Shown here piece by piece: positions 28,024 to 37,433 of a stretch of 40,000 nucleotides of DNA. Under the pieces are notes generated by a model. The model ran no database searches. It was not told where the DNA came from and saw only the letters and a program-made list of their open reading frames with translations. Source of the DNA: Proteus phage 10. The stretch is taken from the sequence record MT661596.1; one strand, 5' to 3'. Within the stretch, counting starts at the first letter, position 1. Each line of letters starts with the position of its first letter. The position numbers and the translations under genes are program-made.

Positions 28024-30051
28024 ATGCGCACATTTACATGGAAAGAACTATTGGGTATGACAGAGCAAGAAATCTGGGCGTTAGACCCGGGTGATAATCC
28101 AATGGTTACTGTGAAAGCAGCTGATGCTGATGTCAATATCTTGACAAGGGTTCTTATTAATAACTGGTATCTTTGGCCGTTCCATCGAATGGGTATCAAG
28201 AATACAAAAAATATTGACGAACCTTGGTATATTAGACCGCCTCATATCAAACCTATTGACATGCCGTTGGAGAAACGGCACTTCATTACTACTTTTAGAA
28301 ATAGTAATAAAAAGATGCTGAGTATATTGACTGAGGGTTATCGTGATTACTATAAAAGAAATCCGGTTAAACTCGATGTAGTCAAATTAAACAGCATGAT
28401 AGCGCGCGTGATGAACCACATCAACAATGTGTTCGTGATGCGCATTCCTGAATACGTAACATCATCCACAATCAAAGATTACATCGAGATTATGGACGAA
28501 CCTTTTATCAAGGAGCTTAAAGCTAACCTAGAACCTAATCAAAACTCTATACGTAACGGGTATGATGAAGCTACCAAATACATCATGAAGTCTGATAAGT
28601 TTGCGCATAATCAGGTTGCTGAATATATCAAGCAGGGATTGGTGTCTAATGGACAAGCTATGCAATGTCTTATTGCTCGTGGTTATCTGACAGACCATAA
28701 CTCCCGTATCTTTGTTAAACCTATCCTTAGAAGTTATGGTGATGGACTAGGTAGCTTCTATGATTCATTTATTGAGTCACGGTCTGCTACTAAAGCTTAT
28801 CTCTTTCAGAAGAAACCACTTGAAGACTCCGAGTGGTTTAACCGTAAGATGCAATTAGTTGGTCAGTCTGTTCAGCATATTCACCTAGGTGAGGATTGTG
28901 GGTCTACAGTAACTGTTCCTGTTGTTGTCCGTCGTGGTTGGCTGCCTATGCTAGCGGGTAAATATTATCTGCAAGAAGACGGTACGTATGGTGTTGTTTC
29001 TGAAGATGATATTCATTTAGAAAATAAAGTCATACAGATACGTTCTGCAATGTATTGTAACCATCCAGACAGAACAGGTGTGTGTGAACACTGTTATGGA
29101 CAGTTAGCTATTTCTATCCCTTACTTTAATGTACTATCTGAAGTGGGTAAAAACGAAGTTATCATTGGTCATATTTCAGCAACAGAAATAGGGCAGATGT
29201 TATCACAGAAGATGTTATCGACTAAGCACTTAGATACTTCTTCTACTGTTGACCCATTTCATGTTAAACGTAGTGATAGACTTTATATAAAACCAGGTCT
29301 AAGAGATAATGCCGTCAGACTTAACCCTCGTTTGAAAAATGAGAAAGTCAAGATGAAGGTGTCTTTCTCTAAAACAACCACTTTGGCTGATATAACAACA
29401 GCGGAAGATTTGGATGAAGTAGCCACACGTATGTCAGGATTCAATGAAATGATTCTTGAGTTTGAGCGTGCTGAAGGGTTTATTGAATCTATTCCAATAG
29501 ACACTACACAAGGTTCTCGTCAAGGTCGATTCACTGTTGACTTCCTAAAATTCATGCAGCGTGTTGGTTGGGTTAACGCAGATAAAGATTTCATCATGAT
29601 TGACTTATCTGAATTCGACTATGAGTGTGATGTGGTAGAGCTTCCTCTTGTGCATGAAGATATGATGGCGTATCAAAAGCAGATAGAAGGTTATATTCGA
29701 TTCACAGGACAGTCTAAGTCATGGCGTGGTAAAAAGATTACACCTGATGAAGCCGGTCGTGTATTGGATGAGTTCTTCTCCCTGTTACATCAGCGGTTAA
29801 ATGTTAATATTGTACATGCTGAGGTTATGTTATACGCAGTAATGGTGTGTGACCCACAATCAGGGGACTACCGATTACCAAGGGCCTATGAGGAACGTGA
29901 ACTTATCTCGTATCATGAATGTATAGAACACCGTAGTTTAAGTGTTCAGTTAGTTTATCAAGAGCAAGCACAACTCATGCTTAAACAAACGACATTCTTA
30001 AATGACCGTAGACAACCACACCCCATGGACCACTTGTTTGTAACTGACTAA
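28024..30051 (+). CDS. Phage multisubunit RNA polymerase, beta' C-terminal subunit
   Basis: CNHPDRTGVCEHCYGQLA zinc-binding segment and EVIIGHISATEIGQMLSQKMLSTKH bridge-helix/trigger-loop-like segment. Confidence 0.88.
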   Translation: MRTFTWKELLGMTEQEIWALDPGDNPMVTVKAADADVNILTRVLINNWYLWPFHRMGIKNTKNIDEPWYIRPPHIKPIDMPLEKRHFITTFRNSNKKMLSILTEGYRDYYKRNPVKLDVVKLNSMIARVMNHINNVFVMRIPEYVTSSTIKDYIEIMDEPFIKELKANLEPNQNSIRNGYDEATKYIMKSDKFAHNQVAEYIKQGLVSNGQAMQCLIARGYLTDHNSRIFVKPILRSYGDGLGSFYDSFIESRSATKAYLFQKKPLEDSEWFNRKMQLVGQSVQHIHLGEDCGSTVTVPVVVRRGWLPMLAGKYYLQEDGTYGVVSEDDIHLENKVIQIRSAMYCNHPDRTGVCEHCYGQLAISIPYFNVLSEVGKNEVIIGHISATEIGQMLSQKMLSTKHLDTSSTVDPFHVKRSDRLYIKPGLRDNAVRLNPRLKNEKVKMKVSFSKTTTLADITTAEDLDEVATRMSGFNEMILEFERAEGFIESIPIDTTQGSRQGRFTVDFLKFMQRVGWVNADKDFIMIDLSEFDYECDVVELPLVHEDMMAYQKQIEGYIRFTGQSKSWRGKKITPDEAGRVLDEFFSLLHQRLNVNIVHAEVMLYAVMVCDPQSGDYRLPRAYEERELISYHECIEHRSLSVQLVYQEQAQLMLKQTTFLNDRRQPHPMDHLFVTD

Positions 30052-30067
30052 AGCAAAGGGGTAAGAC

Positions 30068-32653
30068 ATGCGCAGTACGGCTACCATCACTATTCGAAGT
30101 CATGGGTTTAGTGTTACTGATTATAATGGCGAGTTCTATCGCCATTTAACCGATTACTGCCGCAAGTTTGTAAAAACAAAAATGATGTCGTCTGTCGCTG
30201 GTGGCAGACGCGTTATGAAACAAGTACCAGACCGAGTATTTGCTTCAGCGACTAATAATAGAAGAGAACTCCGATTTCACATCAATGTGTTAAAAGAGTT
30301 CTATTCTTTTATGCAACAACGCGGCTATAACACATCCCGATTTAAAACCATTAAAGACATGCCTGAGCAAGGTCATGACAAATCAATGGAGTTTAAATCA
30401 CCTGACGTGCAACCCAGACCACATCAAGTAGATTATATTGCATACCAACTTGATAGAAACAAAGAAGGTGTAACAACTAAGATAAACACACTGCAAACAG
30501 GTAAAGGCAAACTCCAGCCATTAAGCTCTAAGATTAAGATACCTGGTGGCTGGACCACAATGGGTGAAATAAAAGTTGGTGATTTTGTTATATCCCGGGA
30601 CGGAACCGCTACAGAAGTTGATGGCGTGTATCCAAACGGGGTGAAGAAAATGTATAAAGTAACATTTGCTGACGGACGTTCAACCAGATGTGGCGCAGAA
30701 CATTTATGGCATTGTTACTTTGAAACTACATCACCAGATAAACGATGGAGAACAGTAACAACTCAGGAATTAATTGATTATCGGTCAAGTGTCAAAGTTC
30801 CTAGAGTGTGTGTCCCATTGATAGAGCCTGAGGTTACGCCAAAAGCTGATTTACCGATAGACCCATACATACTAGGTGCATTAATAGGTGATGGGAGTTT
30901 TGTGTCCGGGTCACTGATGTTAACGACCCCAGATGAGGAAATTCTTGAAGAGTTCCATAAAGAACTACCGGTGACACTATCGATAAAGTATGCAGGTAAG
31001 TATGACTGGAGGATTAGTAAAAAACCAAAACTATCTGGTGAAAATGAATGGGTAGGTATACTTAGAAGACTTGGTATGTGGGGTCATATCCACTACGAAA
31101 AAGAAATCCCTGAAATATACATGAATGGGTCAATCGAACAACGACTTCATTTACTTCAGGGGCTACTTGACACAGATGGAACGGTTCAGAAATCAGGTTC
31201 AGTTTCGTTTAACACATCTAGTCCTAAGCTTGCAGAGCAAGTGCAATACCTCATCCGGTCTCTAGGCGGTATTGCTGCTATTAATACACGGATACCAACC
31301 TACACTTATAAAGGAGAGAAATTAAAAGGTAGACGTACTTATGATGTCGATATTAGGTTTAAAAAGCCAAGTAGTCTATTTAGATTATCTAGAAAGAAAA
31401 ACAGAACGAACGATAATAACCAGTATGCAGCGAATCTAAAGTTAAGAATCATCAATATAGAAGAAGATGGTGAAGAGGATTCCCAATGCATATCGGTTAA
31501 GCATCCAGAGCACCTATACGTTACTGATGACTTTATCGTTACTCACAATACGTTCTGCGCAATATACAACATGGTTAAGCTTGAAAAACTTACCGTCATT
31601 GTGTTGATGCCTAGGTTTATACTTACTTGGTTAACAGGACTTGATGACTTCGTTAAATTAAACCCTGGCGATGTGATGGTTGTTCAAGGGTCTGCTGAGC
31701 TAAATGGGTGTATGAAGTTAGCAGAGGAAAATAAACTCGATGCTAAAATAGTTATTGTTAGTTTACCCACATTCCAATATTTCATGTCGGAGTATGAAGA
31801 CACTAACGGTAAGATGAAGGGGTATACACACACTCCAGATGAGTTCTGGAAGTTACTCAACCCAGGGTTTTTGATTGTGGATGAAGGGCATGAATCCATC
31901 CATGCGTTGTTTAAGCTTGATTTATATACCAACGTAATGAATAAGTTAGTGTTGTCAGCGACATTAGAAGCTGATGATGAGTTCATTAATGATATCTATT
32001 ACATGATATACCCTAACTCCATGCGGTTTAAAAATGGAGAGTATGACAAGTATATTGAATCTATCGCATTGATGTATGGGTTACAGAATCCGAACTTGGT
32101 TAAGTTTAAAGGATTTGGTGGTGCATACAGCCATGTTAAGTTTGAGCAATCTATAATTAAAAACAAGAAGCTATTGTGGTCTTGGTTAGAGTTCAACAGA
32201 ACAATATTTGAGCATCTGTTTATACGGAAGAAAGAAGACGGGATGCGATGTCTTATTTATTGCGCCACAGTAGAGATGTGTTTGCTAGTGGCAAGTCATC
32301 TTACTGAAGCATACCCTGAATTAGATATCCGTAAGTTCACCCAAGAAGACCCTAAAGAAACTCTATACGAAGCTGATTGTAGTGTGTCTACATTAAAGTC
32401 AGCAGGCACAGGTGTGGATATACCAGAATTGTTCTGTGTTATCTGTACAGTTGCAATAGGGTCTAAGCAACAAAGTAACCAGTCGCTTGGTAGACTTCGT
32501 AGGTTGAAGAGTTTCCCTGACGCTGTTCCTCGTTATTGCTACTTAACCTGTACGGGTATAAAACAGCACATGGACTACCATAGACGTAAAGTTATTACTT
32601 TCGACAATAAAACACTTTCCCAGAAAGAGGTTAATTCTGGATTCTCACTTTAA
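30068..32653 (+). CDS. SF2 DNA/RNA helicase or translocase containing an in-frame intein
   Basis: Split Walker A GKGK/TF; LIVDEGHE; LSATLEAD; SAGTGVDIPE; QSNQSLGRLRRL motif VI. Confidence 0.88.
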   Translation: MRSTATITIRSHGFSVTDYNGEFYRHLTDYCRKFVKTKMMSSVAGGRRVMKQVPDRVFASATNNRRELRFHINVLKEFYSFMQQRGYNTSRFKTIKDMPEQGHDKSMEFKSPDVQPRPHQVDYIAYQLDRNKEGVTTKINTLQTGKGKLQPLSSKIKIPGGWTTMGEIKVGDFVISRDGTATEVDGVYPNGVKKMYKVTFADGRSTRCGAEHLWHCYFETTSPDKRWRTVTTQELIDYRSSVKVPRVCVPLIEPEVTPKADLPIDPYILGALIGDGSFVSGSLMLTTPDEEILEEFHKELPVTLSIKYAGKYDWRISKKPKLSGENEWVGILRRLGMWGHIHYEKEIPEIYMNGSIEQRLHLLQGLLDTDGTVQKSGSVSFNTSSPKLAEQVQYLIRSLGGIAAINTRIPTYTYKGEKLKGRRTYDVDIRFKKPSSLFRLSRKKNRTNDNNQYAANLKLRIINIEEDGEEDSQCISVKHPEHLYVTDDFIVTHNTFCAIYNMVKLEKLTVIVLMPRFILTWLTGLDDFVKLNPGDVMVVQGSAELNGCMKLAEENKLDAKIVIVSLPTFQYFMSEYEDTNGKMKGYTHTPDEFWKLLNPGFLIVDEGHESIHALFKLDLYTNVMNKLVLSATLEADDEFINDIYYMIYPNSMRFKNGEYDKYIESIALMYGLQNPNLVKFKGFGGAYSHVKFEQSIIKNKKLLWSWLEFNRTIFEHLFIRKKEDGMRCLIYCATVEMCLLVASHLTEAYPELDIRKFTQEDPKETLYEADCSVSTLKSAGTGVDIPELFCVICTVAIGSKQQSNQSLGRLRRLKSFPDAVPRYCYLTCTGIKQHMDYHRRKVITFDNKTLSQKEVNSGFSL
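30512..31549 (+). mobile_element. Intein (346 aa) with LAGLIDADG endonuclease domain, class 3-like
   Basis: Boundaries GKGK|LQPLSSKIKIPGGWTTMGEIKVGD ... VTDDFIVTHN|TFCA; endonuclease motifs LGALIGDGSF and LQGLLDTDGTV; block B W (GAEHLW), block F C (QCISVKHPEHLYV), block G T before HN. Confidence 0.9.
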
Positions 32654-32658
32654 CAACA

Positions 32659-32688
32659 GGGCTAGGGTTTTACTCTAGCCCTTATGCC
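32659..32688 (+). terminator. Hairpin (GGGCTAG/CTAGCCC) followed by TTATGCC
   Basis: 5 nt after the stop at 32653. Confidence 0.65.
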
Positions 32689-32699
32689 AATTAGGATAA

Positions 32700-32990
32700 A
32701 TGCTTGTGACAAGAATAGCTATTGCTGGGGGGTTATGTGGTCTTGGTCTTATTATTGCAGAACGCCTATCCAAGATAAGTGATGTTAAACTAGTTGATAT
32801 GGATAGCGGTGTTAGTCTAGGTTCTTTATGGAATACCAGCATATACAGTTGCTTTAAAGATGAACATTACACAGAAGACCCTAGAATGCATAGAGACTAC
32901 TTGTTAGGTCGTAAAGGCAATAAACCAATTAAATGTTCCCCTAAACACAGAGGGAGAGCTTGTAAAAAGAAATCAAAAAGAGGTCGATAA
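32700..32990 (+). CDS. Hypothetical protein with basic C terminus
   Basis: 96 aa; stop overlaps the next ATG. Confidence 0.6.
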   Translation: MLVTRIAIAGGLCGLGLIIAERLSKISDVKLVDMDSGVSLGSLWNTSIYSCFKDEHYTEDPRMHRDYLLGRKGNKPIKCSPKHRGRACKKKSKRGR

Positions 32991-33421
32991 TGAAACGATT
33001 ATTATTATCAGTGGTTATGTTAGCTACCTTTAATGCGTCAGCTACAGACACCGTTGTGAATACAGGTATTTGGAGTGCGGAATATAACTCAGGCTCTAGT
33101 TTCTACAGCACTCAATCCGCCGGGCAGGAAATCACAATGGAGTGCTTTCTTGGTGAGTTTAAGTTTGGCTTATTTGACAAACCAACAGAGTCTGAATTAA
33201 ACTCTAACGATAGCCCTGTGGCAATCTACATCGATGGTATTAAGTATAGGCAACCAAAGACACCTGTAGAAAATGAAGCGCTGTATCACGCGATAGAACG
33301 CGCTACATACGGTATACAGTATGTGTTTGCTGATGGGTTTAAATCTAAACTATATCCTGTTGAAGGGCTAGGGGTCTTATTTAAAGATTCTAGCTATCAA
33401 GACAGTAACTGCGCAGAATAA
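32990..33421 (+). CDS. Exported two-cysteine protein, family member 1
   Basis: Signal peptide MKRLLLSVVMLATFNASA; mature region with MEC...G and terminal SNC. Confidence 0.75.
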   Translation: MKRLLLSVVMLATFNASATDTVVNTGIWSAEYNSGSSFYSTQSAGQEITMECFLGEFKFGLFDKPTESELNSNDSPVAIYIDGIKYRQPKTPVENEALYHAIERATYGIQYVFADGFKSKLYPVEGLGVLFKDSSYQDSNCAE

Positions 33422-33443
33422 CTTAATCCCAATCAATCTTAAA

Positions 33444-33453
33444 CCTACATTAT
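33444..33453 (+). promoter_or_regulatory. Promoter-like motif CCTACATTAT
   Basis: 60 nt upstream of ATG 33514. Confidence 0.5.
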
Positions 33454-33513
33454 CAATGTGTATAATCAGTAGTAAGCAATTAACTTTAATTAATTAACAA
33501 AAAGGAATATCCC

Positions 33514-34485
33514 ATGGGTTCATCATTAAAAGAAATCATTCGTAACGCGTTCGTAAAAGCAGAAGAAACATTAAATACAATACCAGGTATTTCTTTCAAT
33601 GCCACTTCTGGTCTTATATCAGTATCCATCAATTCAAAAGATGCCTTTGGTGACAACTCAACCGATTATGTAGCAACGGGGCGTATCACCTACACCAAGC
33701 AACCCCCTGTTGTTATTGTGCCAACTGTCACCGTAATTGAGTTATCATTTGCTGATGACATTATAGGGGTTATTAACAACTCTAAACGGTCTGGTGATTC
33801 TGACCGAGGTTATCTGTGTTTAACAACTACAATGGATTCGTATGCACCTTTAACAGTTCTTCTAGCTATTATTACTTCACTCAGTACAGATAACCGTGTT
33901 GTGTTAGCACGCCGTGTGATTGGCGGCGATACATTCCCGCTAACAGCGAATAACACATTTATTTGTTATGGTGATTCAAACAGTCTTTTCATCAACCCTA
34001 CCTTATTTGTAACTGCTATTGCTCGTGAGGGCTTTGCTTCATTTATCCGTGGGTTTAACAACTACGACTATATCACACCAGCTTGTGCAGAAGGTGCTTT
34101 AGATATGTTGTTTAGTAGCATGGCGTATACTAAAGAGAAAGGCGGTGTAGGTGGTCAAACAAACCTGTACACCATTACAACAGACCAGTTGGAGGCTAAA
34201 CCATTAATGGATAACCAGATTGTGTCTAATGGTGATGCGGGCTATTTTGCAGTTAATGGTGAGTGGGTATATATTGGTGATGTCCGTTGTATGTTCAGAG
34301 CGCTTCAACCTATACCGCCTGCACAGCAGTTCGCTCGCAGTTATTCTGCTGGCGCAGTACCAGAAATGCCTAATTTTAATAACGCTGTTAATTTAACAGG
34401 TGTCGTGCCATTCCCTGGCCCTCATGTGAGTCACATTCACGAAGGCTCGGCGAAATCTGTTTCAGAAACAACCCAGGCAAAGTAA
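33514..34485 (+). CDS. Hypothetical protein
   Basis: 323-aa ORF with SD-like AAAAGGA upstream. Confidence 0.8.
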   Translation: MGSSLKEIIRNAFVKAEETLNTIPGISFNATSGLISVSINSKDAFGDNSTDYVATGRITYTKQPPVVIVPTVTVIELSFADDIIGVINNSKRSGDSDRGYLCLTTTMDSYAPLTVLLAIITSLSTDNRVVLARRVIGGDTFPLTANNTFICYGDSNSLFINPTLFVTAIAREGFASFIRGFNNYDYITPACAEGALDMLFSSMAYTKEKGGVGGQTNLYTITTDQLEAKPLMDNQIVSNGDAGYFAVNGEWVYIGDVRCMFRALQPIPPAQQFARSYSAGAVPEMPNFNNAVNLTGVVPFPGPHVSHIHEGSAKSVSETTQAK

Positions 34486-34529
34486 TACAGTCGTCAACAC
34501 CAGTGAAATAAAGTAGTGCAAACCAATAA

Positions 34530-34550
34530 GCCGGTACATTACGTACCGGC
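34530..34550 (+). terminator. Hairpin GCCGGTAC/GTACCGGC
   Basis: 8-bp perfect stem, loop ATTAC, downstream of the stop at 34485; no TTATGCC. Confidence 0.45.
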
Positions 34551-34595
34551 AATACTTCCCGTTATTTATTTTTTATATCTATAAGAGAATTAATC

Positions 34596-35927
34596 ATGTC
34601 TGAAGGAAAAGCGGTAGTAGAAGAGTTTCGTAAAATGGCTCGTGTCGTTTTAGTTGATGATGTAATCCCACATCCAAATGCCGATAAACTGGAGCTAGCT
34701 ATTATAGGTGGTTGGCAATGCTGTATTAAATTAGGTGAGTTCAAGAAAGGCGATAAGGCGCTTTATTGTGAGATAGACGCGCTAGTACCTACGATAAACC
34801 CAGCCTTCTCTTTCCTAGAATCTCGTAAAGAAGGATTGAAATCATTTAACGGTATTTCTTACGCACGCATTAAAACAATTAAATTAAGAAAAGAGATTTC
34901 TCAGGGTTTGTTATTACCACTGCCAGATGAATTCAAAGACGCTGAAGTAGATACTAACTTATCAGAACAACTGGGTGTTCTCAAGTACGAAAAGTCAGAA
35001 TCTAAAGCGGATGATGAGGATACAAAGAAACAGTATAGTCTTTATCACCGCTTCGCATTATGGTTATATGGTTCTGATAGACCAAACCTACCATTCCCAG
35101 CATTCCTAAGAAAGTCTGAAGAAAATCGTGTTCAAAACATCAACAGTCAGTTTAAAGTTGCTCACGACACTTGTGAACGTTTTGAGATGACAGTGAAGTT
35201 AGATGGTGAGTCAATGACTGTCTACTCACATCGTAATGAGAAAGGAAAGATTGTATTTGGTGTCTGTTCTAGAAATATGGAACTGTATCTTGATGACCTT
35301 AACTATACACCTACTGAAGCGTTACGTAAGTGGCTAGGTAAGCTTCTATTAAGAAACAGACGTGCTATTACATTACAACCATACATCCACCCACAAGACG
35401 TTACAGGAGTCTTAGATTGGATTAAGCAATCTGCAATAGCTTTAAAACAATGTGTTCGTATAAATGTGGGTTTACCTAAATGGGTTTCTTCTGTCAAAGC
35501 AACAGATGACCGTTTTGTAAAATATGTCAGTGACAATAAGTTATTTGATAAACTTGCTGCTGCAACTATCTCTACTAATGGTAAAACCTATTCTGTTCAG
35601 GGTGAATTAATTGGTCCTGGCATTCAAGGTAATTACGAAGGTGTCGATAAACTTAGTTATTATGTTTATCGCGTATTCGATTCAGAGGGCAATGTGTTAA
35701 CACCTTATGAAGCTAGAATCTGGTGTAGCATTAATGAGTTCGCTTATGTACCTGTATTAGAAGCCGAAGCTTTACTTCCAGAGACTATTAAAGACTTAGT
35801 CAAACAAGCTGAAGGTAAACGCTCCTTAGCTAAAGGCGGTAAACGCGAAGGTATTGTTCTTAAATCAAACACTCGTGATTTTTCATTTAAAGTAATATCA
35901 GAAAGCTACTTATTAAACGAGAAGTGA
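34596..35927 (+). CDS. RNA ligase, DRA2346/Rnl5-like
   Basis: N-terminal OB-like domain (GWQCCIKLGEFKKGDKALYCEIDALVP), nucleotidyltransferase motif I KLDGES, motif IV/V-like REGIVLK and FSFKVIS. Confidence 0.87.
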   Translation: MSEGKAVVEEFRKMARVVLVDDVIPHPNADKLELAIIGGWQCCIKLGEFKKGDKALYCEIDALVPTINPAFSFLESRKEGLKSFNGISYARIKTIKLRKEISQGLLLPLPDEFKDAEVDTNLSEQLGVLKYEKSESKADDEDTKKQYSLYHRFALWLYGSDRPNLPFPAFLRKSEENRVQNINSQFKVAHDTCERFEMTVKLDGESMTVYSHRNEKGKIVFGVCSRNMELYLDDLNYTPTEALRKWLGKLLLRNRRAITLQPYIHPQDVTGVLDWIKQSAIALKQCVRINVGLPKWVSSVKATDDRFVKYVSDNKLFDKLAAATISTNGKTYSVQGELIGPGIQGNYEGVDKLSYYVYRVFDSEGNVLTPYEARIWCSINEFAYVPVLEAEALLPETIKDLVKQAEGKRSLAKGGKREGIVLKSNTRDFSFKVISESYLLNEK

Positions 35928-35937
35928 TAAATAAAGA

Positions 35938-35958
35938 TGGGTTGGTTAAACCAACCCA
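35938..35958 (+). terminator. Hairpin TGGGTTGG/CCAACCCA
   Basis: 8-bp stem 11 nt after the stop at 35927. Confidence 0.5.
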
Positions 35959-35988
35959 CACCCCTTACAAATTAAGAGAGTAATAACC

Positions 35989-36474
35989 ATGGCAACTTCA
36001 ATTAAATATTTTATCAACACTTTATTGGCTTTACCTTTACTATTTGTATCTTGCCTAGCAGTTGCTGATACAGATGAACCTGAAACACCTTACTTAGTAA
36101 CGCAAACCGGTAGTTGGTTAGTTCAGTATGAGTTAGGGTCTGCCATTTTTATAGACCTTGAATCATGGACTGAGGTTAACTCCCTGGAGTGTGTGGGCGG
36201 GTTCTGGACATTTAATGCTACTTACAAGAACGGTGAAGAAACGTCAAGCGTTAAAGAACCTGGGTTGATTATATCTGTCGATGGTGTTGAATACAAAACA
36301 CCACGAGATAACAAATCTGCCAAGGATTTATATGAAGCCATTGCTAATGCAACTGGCGACATTAAGTTCTACTCTACAACGTTGGGTTATTCAAGAACAT
36401 CATCAGCGAAAGGAGTTGCTGTCCATTTCAAGAATGTACCTTTTGAAAGCAGTAACTGTTATATCAAACCTTAA
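35989..36474 (+). CDS. Exported two-cysteine protein, family member 2
   Basis: Signal peptide ending SCLAVA; TGSW, LEC..G, IISVDGVEY..P, SSNCY. Confidence 0.75.
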   Translation: MATSIKYFINTLLALPLLFVSCLAVADTDEPETPYLVTQTGSWLVQYELGSAIFIDLESWTEVNSLECVGGFWTFNATYKNGEETSSVKEPGLIISVDGVEYKTPRDNKSAKDLYEAIANATGDIKFYSTTLGYSRTSSAKGVAVHFKNVPFESSNCYIKP

Positions 36475-36488
36475 ATAAGGGGTGACCT

Positions 36489-36959
36489 ATGAGGCGAATA
36501 ATCTTACTCGTCGTTATGTTGTTGTTCACAAATATAGCATCAGCCGACGGTAATGGATACACCATGAACAGCTACGGTACGTGGACTGTTCTAGACACCG
36601 AGATAAACACCATGTATATGGAAGCACAATCAGGGTCTAAAAAGAACCTAATTGAGTGTCGTATGGGTGAGTGGATAGCCGGTGGTAACTTTAATGGCGT
36701 ATTCAGAAACTCAATTGATGATGAAACGATTACGTTAGTCATTGACGGTTATCAATACGCTATACCTAAAACACCCTCTGAAAAAGAAAGCATGTGGAAA
36801 CTCATTTCTTCTGAAAGAACACAATACATCGCATTTCATTCTAAGGTTTACGGTAAGACCCCAGCTATACCACTAAATGGCTTAACGCAATATCTCCAGG
36901 GACAAGACTTTTACAAGAGTAATTGTTATGTAACACGAGAAATGCGTGATAACCAATAA
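36489..36959 (+). CDS. Exported two-cysteine protein, family member 3
   Basis: Signal peptide MRRIILLVVMLLFTNIASA; YGTW, IEC..G, LVIDGYQY..P, KSNCY. Confidence 0.75.
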   Translation: MRRIILLVVMLLFTNIASADGNGYTMNSYGTWTVLDTEINTMYMEAQSGSKKNLIECRMGEWIAGGNFNGVFRNSIDDETITLVIDGYQYAIPKTPSEKESMWKLISSERTQYIAFHSKVYGKTPAIPLNGLTQYLQGQDFYKSNCYVTREMRDNQ

Positions 36960-36982
36960 AGGTATAACTGCGGGGTTCTTAT

Positions 36983-37375
36983 ATGGGTAAACATTGTAAG
37001 ATTATCTCTATACAAAGAAAGCTTTTAACTGACGGTAGTTTCGTTAATAAGCTATCTAGTTGTGGGTGTAAATACCTAATGGTTGACACACTACCAACAG
37101 CAACAGAGATAAACGCACTTGTTAAACAGGCTCTAACAAATAGTGAGATATTAGTTATCGATACTAGCGAGGTAACATTACGTGCCTTAGCAACAATCAA
37201 TATTCCGTACTACTGTATTTATTCTGGTAAACCGGATACTGATATCGAGCTTAAACACCTCAATCTTTGTCGTATGAGCAGTGGTAGTGTTAGGATAGAG
37301 GTTGGGTTACAACAATCTATTACTGATGCTGTAATTGACTACAGACCGGATTTAGGTGTATGTGTTGAGTTATAA
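36983..37375 (+). CDS. Hypothetical protein
   Basis: ORF 130 aa. Confidence 0.65.
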   Translation: MGKHCKIISIQRKLLTDGSFVNKLSSCGCKYLMVDTLPTATEINALVKQALTNSEILVIDTSEVTLRALATINIPYYCIYSGKPDTDIELKHLNLCRMSSGSVRIEVGLQQSITDAVIDYRPDLGVCVEL

Positions 37376-37379
37376 GACC

Positions 37380-37416
37380 GGCATAAAAGGCGGCTCCTTC
37401 GGGAGCCGCCCTTATG
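37380..37416. terminator. Bidirectional hairpin element: GGCATAA - hairpin - TTATG
   Basis: Stem GGCGGCTCC/GGAGCCGCC (37389-37397/37402-37410) flanked by GGCATAA (37380-37386) and TTATG (37412-37416), then a T-run, at a convergent junction. Confidence 0.8.
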
Positions 37417-37433
37417 TTGATATTTTTTTTTTG

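Noticed and set aside
30512-31549. Insertion as a group I intron or free-standing homing endonuclease
   Set aside because: Reading frame is continuous through both junctions and intein splicing blocks are present at each end.
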